A stretch of 64,000 nt of DNA from an uncultured Spirochaetota bacterium (GTDB taxonomy: Bacteria > Spirochaetota > Brevinematia > Brevinematales > JAOACQ01): contig CAWIGG010000003.1 in NCBI GenBank assembly GCA_963835575.1, positions 64,001 through 128,000 of the forward strand. Direction: 5' to 3'. Within the stretch, counting starts at the first letter, position 1. Each line of letters starts with the position of its first letter. The notes below the pieces were generated by a model. It worked only from the letters and a program-made list of their open reading frames with translations. It had not been told where the DNA came from and did no database searches. The translations under genes and the position numbers were made by a program. Shown here in pieces: positions 43,074-55,880 of the stretch.

Positions 43074-45113
43074 TTACCAAGGCTTTTTCTGAAAAGGATC
43101 ATTATTCTTTTTTCTCTTTTTTTTCTCCAGATAAAGAAGTTTATCCGCTTCCGCGATCACCTGCTCGAAAGTGATTTCTTTCTCCGCGGCGCTGTCGTAT
43201 TCATAAACGCCGATGCTGATCGATATTTGATAAGGCTTATTGACTTCATTATTTACCATGTCGATGATCGCATGAAGATTGTTTAATATTGTTTCCGCGT
43301 ATTTTCTTAATGTATACAAAGCGATGATCGTGAATTCGTCCCCGCCGATGCGGCCGATGATATCCGAATCACGGAAAGCGCTTTTCAGGATCCGGGACAC
43401 CTGCTGGAGCGCAAAATCGCCTTCCATATGCCCGAAGGTATCGTTTATGGCTTTTAAATAATCGAGGTCGGCGAAAAACAGCAGATAGTTCTCTTTTTTC
43501 CCGGCGGCGTTTTTATGATATTCCCTGCCGGTATCTATAAAGCCCCTCCGGTTCAATAAACCGGTCAGTTCATCCCTCCGTGAAATATTTTCCAGTATGC
43601 TGTTTGTTTTTTCCAGTTCGGAAAGCGTGTATTTCAGCTTTTCCTCGGCCAGCATCCTGTTCCTCAGGAGAAAAGTGCCCATAAGAGCTATGCTCAGATT
43701 GCTCCTCAATGTGTCATAAAGAAAGCTTTTTTTAGGTTCTGAATTAAAAATGATATAACCGAAAAACTCATCGTAAAGACAGAGCGAATCAATAACAATA
43801 TTGTACTGATAGGGCTTAATCGGTTCCGGCAGAAGCCTGCCTGTCAAAAATTGGGCCTTACTTTCCTCTACGGCAAAGAGCCTGTTGTTATCATACGCCA
43901 TCATCAGGCGGGAATATTTCGGAAGTTTTTTTTTGTTTTTCCCTTCCCCGTCCTTCATATGTTTAAACAAGACCACAAAGCACTGGGAAATTTCCAGAAG
44001 GGAGAGTTCATCCTTCAAAACATTCATCATATGGCTGAGATTGAAATCGGAGATTAAATTAAAACCGACCGTCAGCAGAGACGATGTTTCATACATGATC
44101 CGGTTTTTATTGATATTCAGCTTTATTTTATTAAATTCCCCGATCATAATGTCGGCGTAATGGATAATATCAAATAAGAAAGTAATCGCTTTCCCGTCAT
44201 TGAATATTCTTGTAAAATAATCCTTTATCACTGACAGGGCGGTATACCAGTCCGTAATTTGATAAAACTGGCTGCTCTGCGAATAGAGAGTTTTTTCAAG
44301 ATTGATCAGAAACCGGGAAGGTTCCCTGGAAAGCCGGATATCCTCATCTAAATCCTGGATCAGACCTGAAAGATGCCGGGCGAAAATTTTATCCATCCTT
44401 AAAAATGAAAAAGCCTGTTTAACGATCTGGCTTATCATTACGTCCAGCGAGTTTTCCAGAGTAATTGATTTTATACCGGCCAATTGAATATCCGTTTGAG
44501 TATATTTTTTAATGGAGGCCGCATTGCAGCCGCAGGATTGCCGGACGATCAAAGAGGTCAGATTGGAGATTATTTCCGGTACTGCTTCGCCGTTGATTAT
44601 CTTGACAATGGTATCTACGGCAGTTTCCCCCAGGCTCTGAACAGGCTGCCTGACGGTGGTCAGAGAGGGGACCATGGAAACCGCGTCGATTCCCGACTGT
44701 GCGTTGAAATCCCCCTGAAAAACAAGCTTCCTTTCCATCGGGATTTTATTCAGTTCTAAAGCGTCTGAAAAAGCCTGGAAGCGGTCGTTGGCTTCCGGGA
44801 CCTCCAACTGGCCTTTAATGAACGCCAGATGTTTTAAATTATGTTCGATGATGAGATGGTTGACGGCTTTGAAAACCCCGCCGTAGTTATCAACAACAAT
44901 ACTGGTAATTCCGTCAATGGGAGTATTGATGCTGATGGTGGGCAGCGGACTGTATGACAGATGAAAAGCTTTCAGCCTCTCCTGCGTAACTTTGCTGCCG
45001 ACGCTTCCCGCGATGATCAGACCCTGTATTTTTTCCCTGTCGACAAAGTCAAAGATCTGATTTCTAAAAAAAGATGCATCTGAAACATTATCCAATGCGC
45101 CGCCGGAAAAGAG
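43074..45113 (-). pseudogene. LacI-type sugar-binding/GGDEF diguanylate cyclase, 5'-truncated with an internal deletion
   Basis: DELTGLLNRRGF, DLD.LK.INDTFGH.EGD and RIGGDEF are intact. The sensor jumps from GDF...SG directly to PSLTTVRQP. No clear start or RBS. Confidence 0.6.
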
Positions 45114-45291
45114 TCCCGCCTTGAACTGAATTTCGGGAAAAGAGGTGTTTTTTACTTCTTAGTCCGCGGTGAGTTATCCCCCCGATGGAATTTTTCAATT
45201 TTCCCTATCTATATATTCATTTTCAGGTTAGAATTGTATGGATTGAAATTATAAATTTTCCTGTCTATCGGACAGAGAAGGTAAAATCATT

Positions 45292-48200
45292 TTGAAAATG
45301 CATTTAAACCGCCGGCGGAAGGCGCTTTTCAAGGAACACACCGGGCCGGACCGTCTTACCGGGGAAAATTCCCTGGAATATCCTTTACTCGCCGACCTGT
45401 TCAGTATTGAACAGCTGGAAAAACATGGGGAGGCCATTGCCCGGCTGCATGAACTGGATTTCCGGGCAGGTAAGGATAAACTCCTGGGCAGGCTTACTGA
45501 AAATGAAAAAATCCTGAGTGAAATATATGAATTTTTAAGTACCGGAGAAGAGGCAAAACAGAGCCTGTCCACGGCCGGGGTCTGGCTCCTGGATAATTTC
45601 TTCCTGATTGAGGAACAAATCCAGATAGCGCGGAAACACCTGCCGAAAAGATACAGTCAGGAACTTCCCCGTCTCCGTTCCGGCCCATCGGCGGGCCTGC
45701 CGCGTGTTTATGATATTGTCCGCGAACTGATCTCTCATGTGGACGGTAAAGTTGATAAAGGGAATCTCGGCAGCATTACCGCTTCATATCAAAGGATAAC
45801 ACCCTTGAAATTGGGCGAATTATGGGCCATCCCCATTATGCTGCGCCTGGCCCTGATCGAAAATTTACGCCGGGTCGCTATGCGCGTCGCCGCGGGTATG
45901 AGCGACCGTAATCTGGCCGGTATCTGGGCGGACCGGCTGCTCAAAACAGCCGGGAATGACCCGAAAAATATTATCCTCGACATGGCGGATATGGTCAGGG
46001 CCGAACTCCCCATGACCAGCACTTTTGTGGCGGAATTAGTCAGGAGGCTGCAGAGCCGGAACCCGGCCCTTGTCCTGCCCCTTACCTGGATCGAACAGCG
46101 TCTTATAGAAAAAGGCCAGACGATCGAACGGCTGGTACAGCTGGACAGCCAGCATCAAGCGACCAGCCAGATCTCCATCTCGAACAGCATCAACAGTCTC
46201 AGGTTCCTGACAGCGATCAACTGGAAAAATTTTGTGGAAGCCATGAGCCGTGTGGAACAGGTTCTCCGCGGCGATCCCGCGGGTGTTTATCAAAAAATGG
46301 ATTTTACTACCCGGGATAATTACAGGCATGTTATCGAGAAGATCGCGAAGCAAAGCCGGCTGCCTGAGGACAGCGTAGCGCTTCAGGCGGTTAAACTCTC
46401 GTCGCAAAACAAGGAAAAAACAGATAAAACGGCCCACATCGGCTATTACCTGATCGGCCGGGGACGCAACCTGCTGGAACAGGCCGTTAAGATGCGGCTT
46501 ACTTTCAGGGATAAGCTGTCCGGAACCGGCAGGAAAGCGCCGTTATTCTTTTATCTGGGCTCCATCCTACTTGTTACGGCCGGCCTGACATTATCATCGC
46601 TCCGGATAATGCATCCCCCAGGTCCGGGGATAAAGCCCTGGCTGGCTTTCCTTCTTCTCCTCGGATTCAGCCAGCTGTCTATCGCGCTTGTAAACTGGGT
46701 GTCAAGCATTCTGGTTAAACCCGTGCTTCTGCCCAGAATGGATTTTTCCAAGGGAGTCCCGCAGGAATCATGCACGCTGATTACCGTACCATCCATACTT
46801 TCCAGCGCGTTTGATATCGGCGAGCTCATGAATAAAATTGAAACATGCTGCCTGGCCAACAGGGCCGATAATCTTTACTTCAGCCTTTTAACCGATTTCA
46901 AGGACGCGCCGGAAGAATCCATGCCTGATGACGGACCGCTTTTCAAGCTGGCCAGGGAAGGCATTAAACAGCTGAATAATAAATACGGCCGTAACGGCCG
47001 CGGGCCGTTCTATCTTTTTCATCGTTCCAGGCTGTGGAACCCGGGGGAAAAAGTCTGGATGGGATATGAGCGGAAACGGGGGAAACTTGAAGCCCTTAAT
47101 AAAGCCCTGCGGTCCGGTAAAACACCGGAGCTCCTCATCGAAGGCGACCCCTCGGTTTTGCCTCAGGTTAAATATGTCATAACTCTCGATACGGATACCC
47201 AGCTGCCCCGCGATGCGGCAAGACTGCTGATTGAAACCATGGCGCACCCGCTCAACGTTCCCGTCTATGATCCTGCTAAAAAGAGGGTCGTGTCGGGATA
47301 TACGATACTCCAGCCCAGGGTTGTCTCAAGCCTGCCGGCGGCGCGCAAGTCCTGGTATTCGAGAATCTTTGGAAGCGAAACAGGGATTGACCCTTATACG
47401 CGGGCGGTATCGGACGTTTACCAGGATATTTTCGGAGAAGGCTCATTCATCGGCAAGGGAATTTATGACGTGGATATGTTCATCCGGTCCCTGGCTGATC
47501 GTCTGCCTGAGAACCGGATTTTGAGCCATGATCTCCTGGAGAGCACATACGGCAGGTCGGGCATGATCAGCGACGTCCAGCTGATCGACGAGTTCCCGGA
47601 AAGCTACAGCGAGGATATTTCCAGGCGCCGCCGCTGGATCAGGGGCGATTGGCAGATCGCCGCATGGTTACTGCCCCGCGTGCCCGGGTATAAACAGAAA
47701 CCGGAGAAAAATCCCATCTCTTTATTATCGTGGTGGAAGATCTTTGATAATCTCCGGAGGAGCCTTGTCCCGGCAGGATTAATGCTTTTGATCGTTCTCA
47801 GCTGGATGTTCCTGCAGCCTTCATGGCTGGGGTTTAGTATTGCTGCGGGGATTATTTTTATTCCCATGCTGCCCGGTGTTTTTAAGCAGGCGTTCCGTAT
47901 TCCCGTTAAGTTCCCATTAACCCTGCATATGCTCTCGGTGGCCGGATACCTGGGACGCCATCTTTTCCAGGCTGTCTTTTTGTTCGCGGTCCTTCCTTAT
48001 GAGGCTTTTTTTAATCTTATCGCAATCATTATAACCTGCTCCAGGATGCTCTTTTCCAGGCGTAAACTTCTCGAATGGACCCCGTCCGGGGAAGCCAGGC
48101 ATAAACCATGCAGAAACTTGCCGGGCTATTACCGGCTGATGGCTATTGTTCCCCTGCTCATACTTGTCTTCGGAACATTTCTATTCACACAATGGCAGGA

Positions 48201-51200
48201 ATGGATATTAAATATATTGGGACTGACGCTATTCTGGTTTTTTTCTCCCTTTTTCGCGTGGTGGATCAGCAGGCCGCTGGTTAAGCGCAGTATCAGCCTG
48301 TCCCCAAAGCAGATTACATTCCTGAGGAAAATCTGCCGTAAAACCTGGAGATTTTTTGAAACCTTTGCGGGGCCTGAAGACAACTGGCTCCCGGCGGATA
48401 ATTACCAGGAAGAACCGAAAGAAGCATCTGCGCACCGGACCTCGCCCACGAATATCGGGCTGATGCTCCTTTCGAACCTGGGCGCTTATGATCTCGGATA
48501 CCAGTCCGCGGGGCAATTGATCGACAGGACCAGAAAATCATTCAGGACAATGGAAGGACTGGCCCGGTTCCATGGGCATTTCTTTAACTGGTATGATACC
48601 AGGACCCTGCAGCCCCTGCCGCCGGAGTATGTTTCAACAGTGGACAGCGGCAACCTGGCAGGCTATCTTTTGACCCTCAGACCCGGCCTTCTTGAGCTCA
48701 AGGACCGTAAAATCTTCCAACAGCAATTATATAGCGGCCTGATCGATGCGCTCTCTGTTATCAATGATCTGCTTATTCCTCCGCCGGATAAAATAACCAT
48801 GATACTGAAAAAAAAGTCCGCATTGGATAAACGGCTGAGTCAGCTTATAGAAACCATAACGGATATGCGGCTTCAGACCGGAGGACTCGGCAAGGCTCTG
48901 GAAGATTTAAACAGAATTGTCATTGAGGTCCGGGAACTGCGAATCCTGGCGGGTGAAAAGCCGGACCCGGAAGCGGATTGGTGGTTCCAGGCGCTGGAAG
49001 ATCAATGCGCCGCGGAACAGGAAGAACTGATCTTTCTGGCGCCCTGGCTTGTTTCTGAAGGACCGGGGAACACGATAAACAAAAAAATAATACAGGACCT
49101 GGATAATAACCGCACACTCTCTCAACTTGCCGGTTTGAATGAATTATCGGCTTCTATTGAAGCCGGGATAAAAAAATCAGGCCCGTCTTCAGAGGAAAAG
49201 CGGGAACCGGACCTGGAATTTTATGACAAACTTCTTTACAAGGTCAGACAGGGAAGCCATCGGGCCCAGGCGCGTATCAAACAGCTGGAACAGATGGCCC
49301 TGCAATGCCGGGACCTCTCAGACCAGGATTATGATTTCCTGTACGATGCTTCCCGCAATCTCCTCAGCATCGGATATGATGTGTCCAAACACCGGAATGA
49401 CGAAAGTTTCTATGATCTGCTCGCTTCCGAAGCCCGGTTATGCAGTTTTATCGGGATCGCCCGGGGCAAACTGCCCCTGGAACACTGGTTTTCCCTGGGC
49501 CGTCTGGTTACTATCTGGAAAGGCAGAACAATCCTGCTCTCCTGGGGCGGCTCCATGTTCGAATACCTTATGCCGCGGCTGGTGATGCCGGACTATGACA
49601 ATACCCTGCTCGGCCAATCCTGTCAAGCGGTCGTGGAAAGACAGATCGCTTACGGGCGGAAAAAAGGTGTGCCATGGGGTATTTCAGAATCTGCCGAAGC
49701 CATGACAGACGCCGGCCTGAATTATCAATACAGGTCTTTCGGAGTACCGGACATCGGATTTAAACGGGGACTATCCAATGACCTGGTGATCGCGCCCTAT
49801 GCTTCCGTCCTGGCGATGATGCTTAACCCCGGCGAGGCATGTGTGAATTTACAGAAACTTTCAGAGCGCGGTTTCGAAGGAAGATATGGATTTTATGAGG
49901 CAATCGATTTTACGCCCGGCCGTCTGCCTCATGATCAATCCGAAGTCCTGATCCGTTCGTTCATGGCCCATCATCAGGGTATGAGCTTCATTTCCTTAGT
50001 TAATTATTTTACAAATGATCTGATGATAAACCGGTTTACATCCGATCCCCTCTTTCAGACAACGGTCCTTCTCCTTCAGGAACGGGTACCTAAAGCCACC
50101 CCGTTTCAAATGCTGCCTTCGGTCCTTTCAAGGACAAGGGACATGCCGGAGAAGCAGGAAGATGCCCTGCGGGTGTTTAACACGGCCGGGACGCCTTTCC
50201 CGGAAGTTCACCTGCTCTCCAACGGCCGGTATCATGTGATGGTGACCAATGCCGGGGGAGGGTACAGCCGGTGGCGGGATATTGCCGTCACCCGCTGGAG
50301 CGAAGACGCTACCAGGGACAATTTCGGAACATTTATCTACATCAATGATATTTCCAGCGGCAGCCTCTGGTCAGCCGCTTTCCAGCCGACGCTCGCCGAG
50401 CCCAAGAATTATGAGGCGCTGTTTCCCCAGGCGCGGGCTGAGTTCCGGCGCAGGGACCAGGGCCTTGATACCTATACGGAGATTGCCGTATCACCCGAAG
50501 ACGATATCGAGCACAGGCGGATCAGCCTGAGCAATTATACAGTCAAGACACGGACCATCGAGATTACCAGTTATGCCGAAGTGGTCCTGATCAAACCTGA
50601 CGATGAAACAGCTCATCCCGCGTTCTCCAATCTGTTCATGCAAACCGGGATCATCCGGGAACACAAGGCAATTTTATGCTCCCGGCGGCCGCGATCTCCG
50701 CATGAAAAAAACCCATGGATGTTCCATCTCCTCGCTGTAAATGAAAATGAACAATTTGAAGTCTCCTATGAAACCGACCGCTTGAAGTTCATCGGCCGCG
50801 GCCGGGCCGCCTGCAACCCGCTTGCAATGGAAGAGGCAGGGCCTCTTTCCGGAACAGAGGGACCGGTTTTGGACCCAGCTGTCTCCATCCGCTGCAGGCT
50901 GACCCTGAAACCCGGCGATACGGTCACTGTCGGGTTTATTTCGGGTATGGCGGAGACACAGCAGGAAGCCATGACTTTGATTGAAAAATATCAGGACAGG
51001 CGTCTGGCGGACAGGGTTTTTGACATGGCGCTGATCCATGGAAAGGTCCTGCTTCAGCAGCTTAATGCCTCGGAATCCGACGCTCAAGTTTACGGCCGCC
51101 TGGCCAGCTCCATACTGTATTCGAACCTCAACCGCAGGGCCAATCCGGCCATCCTGATGAAAAACAAAAAGGGACAGTCCGGCTTATGGGCTTACAGCAT

Positions 51201-54024
51201 ATCCGGGGACCTGCCCATTGTCCTCCTGCGGATCAGCGATAAGACGAAGATCGAACTGGCGGCAAAAATGATACAGGCCCACACTTACTGGCATTCGAAA
51301 GGTCTGCAGGTCGACCTGGTCATATGGAATGAAGACTGGTCGGGCTACAGACAGGCGCTCAATGACCTGATCACCGGCCTGATCTCTGCCGGACCCGAAG
51401 CATCCGCCTATGACAGACCGGGCGGCATCTTCCTCCGCCATCCGGACCAGATGCCGGAAGAAGACCGGATCCTGATGCAGTCAGCCGCGCGCCTGATCAT
51501 CACAGACAGCGGCGGAACTCTGGCGGAACAAAGCCAGCGCTCTGCCTATAGCGGGATCAATATCCCGAAACTGGCCGCGTCCCGCGATAAGCGGCCTTTT
51601 ACAGGAATTGAAAACTTCAGGCAGGACAACCTGCTCTTCTTCAACGGCATCGGCGGCTTTACCCGGGATGGAAGAGAATATATAATCCAGATCAAACCCG
51701 GGGAAACGCCGCCCATGCCCTGGGTCAATATACTCTCAAATAAGAATTTCGGGTCCGTGATTTTACAAAGCGGAGGATATACATGGTATGAAAATTCCCA
51801 TAATTTCAGGCTGACCCCATGGTATAACGACCCCGTAAGCGAATCGAGCGGCGAAGCCCTGTATATCAGGGATGAAGCATCCGGCTCCTTCTGGTCGCCG
51901 ATGCCGCTGCCTGCCCCGGGTTCAAGCGATTATCTCAACCGTCATGGCTTTGGATACAGTGTTTTTGAATATTCACTCTACGATCTTAAGTCGGAACTGT
52001 GGATTTACGTGGATATAAACGCCCCGGTAAAGTTCTGGATGCTGAAAGTGCGTAATGATTCCAACGGTATACGCCGTCTGTCATCAACCATATTCCTGGA
52101 ATTGGTACTGGGAGAAATCCGGTCCAGGAACCAGATGCATATCAGGACGGAGATTGACCCCATGACCGGCGCTGTCTTCGCGGCCAATCCCTATAGTGTT
52201 GAATTCTCAGGACGCGTGATGTTTCTGGGGACCAATGAAGTCAATCGAAGCATTACAGGGGACAGGACGGAATTTATCGGCCGCAACGGCTCACTCGCCG
52301 ATCCTCAAGCCATGCATAAAGTCCGCCTCTCAGGCAGGACCGGCGGAGGCCTTGACCCCGCGGCCGCCATACAGGTATACTTTGAATTGGAACCGGGGCA
52401 GGAAAAAGAAATTGTTTTTATCCTCGGCGTCGGCAGGGATATTGAAGACGCTCAGAATCTCGTACAAAGATACAACGGCTCGCTTCCCGCGTACCAGGCC
52501 AGGGAGAGGGTCTGGGAATACTGGAAACATACCCTCGGCACAATCAATATCGAAACTCCGGACACGGCATTGAATTTGATAACCAACGGCTGGCTGATGT
52601 ACCAGATCATGGCTTCGCGTCTCTGGGCCCGCAGCGGGTTCTATCAGTCCGGAGGCGCTTTCGGGTTCCGTGATCAGCTTCAGGATGTCATGGCCCTGGT
52701 CCATGCGGAGCCGGGACTCTTCCGCGAGCACCTCCTGCTCTGCGCTTCCAGACAGTTCCGCGAGGGGGACGTACAGCACTGGTGGCATCCGCCCCAGGGC
52801 CGCGGCGTACGCACCCGGATATCCGATGATTTTCTCTGGATGCCGTTTGCCGCCGGCGCATATATTACACGGACCGGGGATACGGGGATCCTGGATGAGA
52901 TAGTTCCTTTCCTGGAGGGCCGTCCCCTTAATGCCGGGGAAGAATCGTACTATGATATGCCTCTCAGGTCAGAGGAAAACGCCCCGTTTTATGAACACTG
53001 CAAAAGAGCGGTCATGCATGCTTTCCGGTTCGGACAGCACGGATTGCCATTAATGGGCGGCGGCGATTGGAACGACGGAATGAACCTTGTCGGGGCGGAA
53101 GGCAGGGGCGAAAGCGTCTGGCTGGCTTTCTTCCTTTATCATATCCTGGAGGAATTCGGCCCGCTGGCCCGGCTGCATGGCGATGAACCCTTTGCAAAAC
53201 AATGCGCTGAAGAAGCGGGAAAGTTAATGAATAATATTGAGTCTCATGCCTGGGACGGGAAATGGTACCGCAGGGCGTATTTTGATGACGGCGCTCCGCT
53301 GGGTTCGCTGCAAAACCAGGAATGCCGGATCGACGCTGTCGCTCAAAGCTGGTCTGTGCTTTCCGGGGCATCTTCCCCCAAAAGAGCGCGGCAGGCCATG
53401 CAGTCCCTGGAGCACAGGCTGGTCCGTCCCAAAAGCGGCCTGATCCTCCTTCTGGACCCTCCGTTTGACAAATCAAACCAGGAACCGGGATATATCAAAG
53501 GATACGTTCCCGGCATCAGGGAGAACGGCGGACAGTACACGCACGCGGCGGTATGGGCCGTCATGGCTTTCGCAAAAATGGGAGAAAACGAAAAAGTAAA
53601 AAAATTACTCGCAATGATCAATCCGGTCAACCATGGTTCAACCCGTGAAAAAATTGAAATCTACAAAGTCGAACCGTATGTCATGTCAGCTGATATTTAT
53701 GGAACGGAACCCCATACCGGACGGGGAGGCTGGACATGGTATACCGGGTCCGCTTCCTGGATGTACCGTTTAATCATAGAATCTGTTTTCGGGTTGGATT
53801 TGAAGGTCAACAAACTTTATTTTAAACCATGCATTCCCGAAGACTGGGAATATTTCAAGGTCCATTACCGCTTCAGGGAAACGGTATATCACATGGACTT
53901 TCATCAAATAAAACCCGGAGGGGATATCCATGTCGCTGTGGACGGAGCGGAACAGCCGGATCCATCAATAACGCTTACTGACGACCGCCTGGAGCATTTC
54001 GCGGAAATTTTGATCGGCGGTTAA
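45292..54024 (+). CDS. Cyclic beta-1,2-glucan synthase-like protein (Cgs/NdvB: GT84 + glucoamylase-like/GH144 + GH94)
   Basis: WLLDNF, LPRVY, ERKRGKL, ITLDTDT, SHDLLE, RRWIRGDWQ, RTSPTNIG, SWGGSMFEYLMP, QSGGAFGFRDQLQD, GDWNDGMN, RENGGQYTH and GRGGWTWYTGS motifs. Confidence 0.93.
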   Translation: MKMHLNRRRKALFKEHTGPDRLTGENSLEYPLLADLFSIEQLEKHGEAIARLHELDFRAGKDKLLGRLTENEKILSEIYEFLSTGEEAKQSLSTAGVWLLDNFFLIEEQIQIARKHLPKRYSQELPRLRSGPSAGLPRVYDIVRELISHVDGKVDKGNLGSITASYQRITPLKLGELWAIPIMLRLALIENLRRVAMRVAAGMSDRNLAGIWADRLLKTAGNDPKNIILDMADMVRAELPMTSTFVAELVRRLQSRNPALVLPLTWIEQRLIEKGQTIERLVQLDSQHQATSQISISNSINSLRFLTAINWKNFVEAMSRVEQVLRGDPAGVYQKMDFTTRDNYRHVIEKIAKQSRLPEDSVALQAVKLSSQNKEKTDKTAHIGYYLIGRGRNLLEQAVKMRLTFRDKLSGTGRKAPLFFYLGSILLVTAGLTLSSLRIMHPPGPGIKPWLAFLLLLGFSQLSIALVNWVSSILVKPVLLPRMDFSKGVPQESCTLITVPSILSSAFDIGELMNKIETCCLANRADNLYFSLLTDFKDAPEESMPDDGPLFKLAREGIKQLNNKYGRNGRGPFYLFHRSRLWNPGEKVWMGYERKRGKLEALNKALRSGKTPELLIEGDPSVLPQVKYVITLDTDTQLPRDAARLLIETMAHPLNVPVYDPAKKRVVSGYTILQPRVVSSLPAARKSWYSRIFGSETGIDPYTRAVSDVYQDIFGEGSFIGKGIYDVDMFIRSLADRLPENRILSHDLLESTYGRSGMISDVQLIDEFPESYSEDISRRRRWIRGDWQIAAWLLPRVPGYKQKPEKNPISLLSWWKIFDNLRRSLVPAGLMLLIVLSWMFLQPSWLGFSIAAGIIFIPMLPGVFKQAFRIPVKFPLTLHMLSVAGYLGRHLFQAVFLFAVLPYEAFFNLIAIIITCSRMLFSRRKLLEWTPSGEARHKPCRNLPGYYRLMAIVPLLILVFGTFLFTQWQEWILNILGLTLFWFFSPFFAWWISRPLVKRSISLSPKQITFLRKICRKTWRFFETFAGPEDNWLPADNYQEEPKEASAHRTSPTNIGLMLLSNLGAYDLGYQSAGQLIDRTRKSFRTMEGLARFHGHFFNWYDTRTLQPLPPEYVSTVDSGNLAGYLLTLRPGLLELKDRKIFQQQLYSGLIDALSVINDLLIPPPDKITMILKKKSALDKRLSQLIETITDMRLQTGGLGKALEDLNRIVIEVRELRILAGEKPDPEADWWFQALEDQCAAEQEELIFLAPWLVSEGPGNTINKKIIQDLDNNRTLSQLAGLNELSASIEAGIKKSGPSSEEKREPDLEFYDKLLYKVRQGSHRAQARIKQLEQMALQCRDLSDQDYDFLYDASRNLLSIGYDVSKHRNDESFYDLLASEARLCSFIGIARGKLPLEHWFSLGRLVTIWKGRTILLSWGGSMFEYLMPRLVMPDYDNTLLGQSCQAVVERQIAYGRKKGVPWGISESAEAMTDAGLNYQYRSFGVPDIGFKRGLSNDLVIAPYASVLAMMLNPGEACVNLQKLSERGFEGRYGFYEAIDFTPGRLPHDQSEVLIRSFMAHHQGMSFISLVNYFTNDLMINRFTSDPLFQTTVLLLQERVPKATPFQMLPSVLSRTRDMPEKQEDALRVFNTAGTPFPEVHLLSNGRYHVMVTNAGGGYSRWRDIAVTRWSEDATRDNFGTFIYINDISSGSLWSAAFQPTLAEPKNYEALFPQARAEFRRRDQGLDTYTEIAVSPEDDIEHRRISLSNYTVKTRTIEITSYAEVVLIKPDDETAHPAFSNLFMQTGIIREHKAILCSRRPRSPHEKNPWMFHLLAVNENEQFEVSYETDRLKFIGRGRAACNPLAMEEAGPLSGTEGPVLDPAVSIRCRLTLKPGDTVTVGFISGMAETQQEAMTLIEKYQDRRLADRVFDMALIHGKVLLQQLNASESDAQVYGRLASSILYSNLNRRANPAILMKNKKGQSGLWAYSISGDLPIVLLRISDKTKIELAAKMIQAHTYWHSKGLQVDLVIWNEDWSGYRQALNDLITGLISAGPEASAYDRPGGIFLRHPDQMPEEDRILMQSAARLIITDSGGTLAEQSQRSAYSGINIPKLAASRDKRPFTGIENFRQDNLLFFNGIGGFTRDGREYIIQIKPGETPPMPWVNILSNKNFGSVILQSGGYTWYENSHNFRLTPWYNDPVSESSGEALYIRDEASGSFWSPMPLPAPGSSDYLNRHGFGYSVFEYSLYDLKSELWIYVDINAPVKFWMLKVRNDSNGIRRLSSTIFLELVLGEIRSRNQMHIRTEIDPMTGAVFAANPYSVEFSGRVMFLGTNEVNRSITGDRTEFIGRNGSLADPQAMHKVRLSGRTGGGLDPAAAIQVYFELEPGQEKEIVFILGVGRDIEDAQNLVQRYNGSLPAYQARERVWEYWKHTLGTINIETPDTALNLITNGWLMYQIMASRLWARSGFYQSGGAFGFRDQLQDVMALVHAEPGLFREHLLLCASRQFREGDVQHWWHPPQGRGVRTRISDDFLWMPFAAGAYITRTGDTGILDEIVPFLEGRPLNAGEESYYDMPLRSEENAPFYEHCKRAVMHAFRFGQHGLPLMGGGDWNDGMNLVGAEGRGESVWLAFFLYHILEEFGPLARLHGDEPFAKQCAEEAGKLMNNIESHAWDGKWYRRAYFDDGAPLGSLQNQECRIDAVAQSWSVLSGASSPKRARQAMQSLEHRLVRPKSGLILLLDPPFDKSNQEPGYIKGYVPGIRENGGQYTHAAVWAVMAFAKMGENEKVKKLLAMINPVNHGSTREKIEIYKVEPYVMSADIYGTEPHTGRGGWTWYTGSASWMYRLIIESVFGLDLKVNKLYFKPCIPEDWEYFKVHYRFRETVYHMDFHQIKPGGDIHVAVDGAEQPDPSITLTDDRLEHFAEILIGG

Positions 54025-54052
54025 TATTAATTCCGCTCCCTAAATTTTTATC

Positions 54053-54315
54053 GACCCCAATTCAGCAGGATTAACAGGATTGATCAGGATAGATTCGGCA
54101 AGCTCACTACAAGTTTGCAGGATTGGAATTAGCCACAGAATTTCACAGAAAAACACTGCTTTTATGCTATTTGTTTTAAAGGTTTATATTTTTTTAGTGT
54201 TTTAATTCTGTGAACTTCTGTGTTTTTCTGTGGCAGACCTCGCGTTTTTCCTAAAATTCCATAAAAATATCATGAAAATCCTTCAAAATCATGAAAATCC
54301 TGTTCTATTGGGGTC
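54053..54315. repeat. Nested tandem-inverted-repeat elements (CAGGAT type outside, CACAGAA type 54132-54234 inside, REP in the left arm)
   Basis: gaccccaat..caggattaacaggattgatcaggat / atcatgaaaatcc...aatcctgttctattggggtc; inner gccacagaatttcacagaa / ttctgtgaacttctgtgtttttctgtggc. Confidence 0.9.
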
Positions 54316-54431
54316 TATTTAAAAAAGTTAAGTTAATAAAGATTTTAAATTAAATATATATTAAAATTGTATTTAAATTTCAATTGTTCTCCAAAATCGA
54401 ATTTCAAATCACGTTATCAATCAGAAATTAG

Positions 54432-55577
<1,146 letters not shown>

Positions 55578-55588
55578 TCTTTATACCG

Positions 55589-55779
55589 GCCCCAATTTGG
55601 CAGGATCAACAGGATCAAACAGGTCCCCGACTTGATCGGGGACAGGATTTGCGGAATAAAGGATTGAGCCACAGAACTTCACAGATTAGCACTGAATATT
55701 TCATGAAAAAGCAAAGGCTTTGTAAAGGTTAACATTTTTTAATGATTTATTTCCGTGTAATTCTGTGCAATTCCGTGGC
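55589..55779. repeat. Second copy of the CAGGAT-arm plus CACAGAA element composite
   Basis: gccccaatttggcaggatcaacaggatcaaacagg[tccccgacttgatcgggg]acaggatt, then gccacagaac... (55668) / ttccgtgtaattctgtgcaattccgtggc (55751-55779). Confidence 0.88.
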
Positions 55780-55880
55780 CAATTAATTTCTGGCTTGTTT
55801 CAGAAATTTATGATATTATTTTCCTGAAAACACTTTTATGGCTCATACTGCGCATTATGAATAATTAACCGGTGGTAAAA

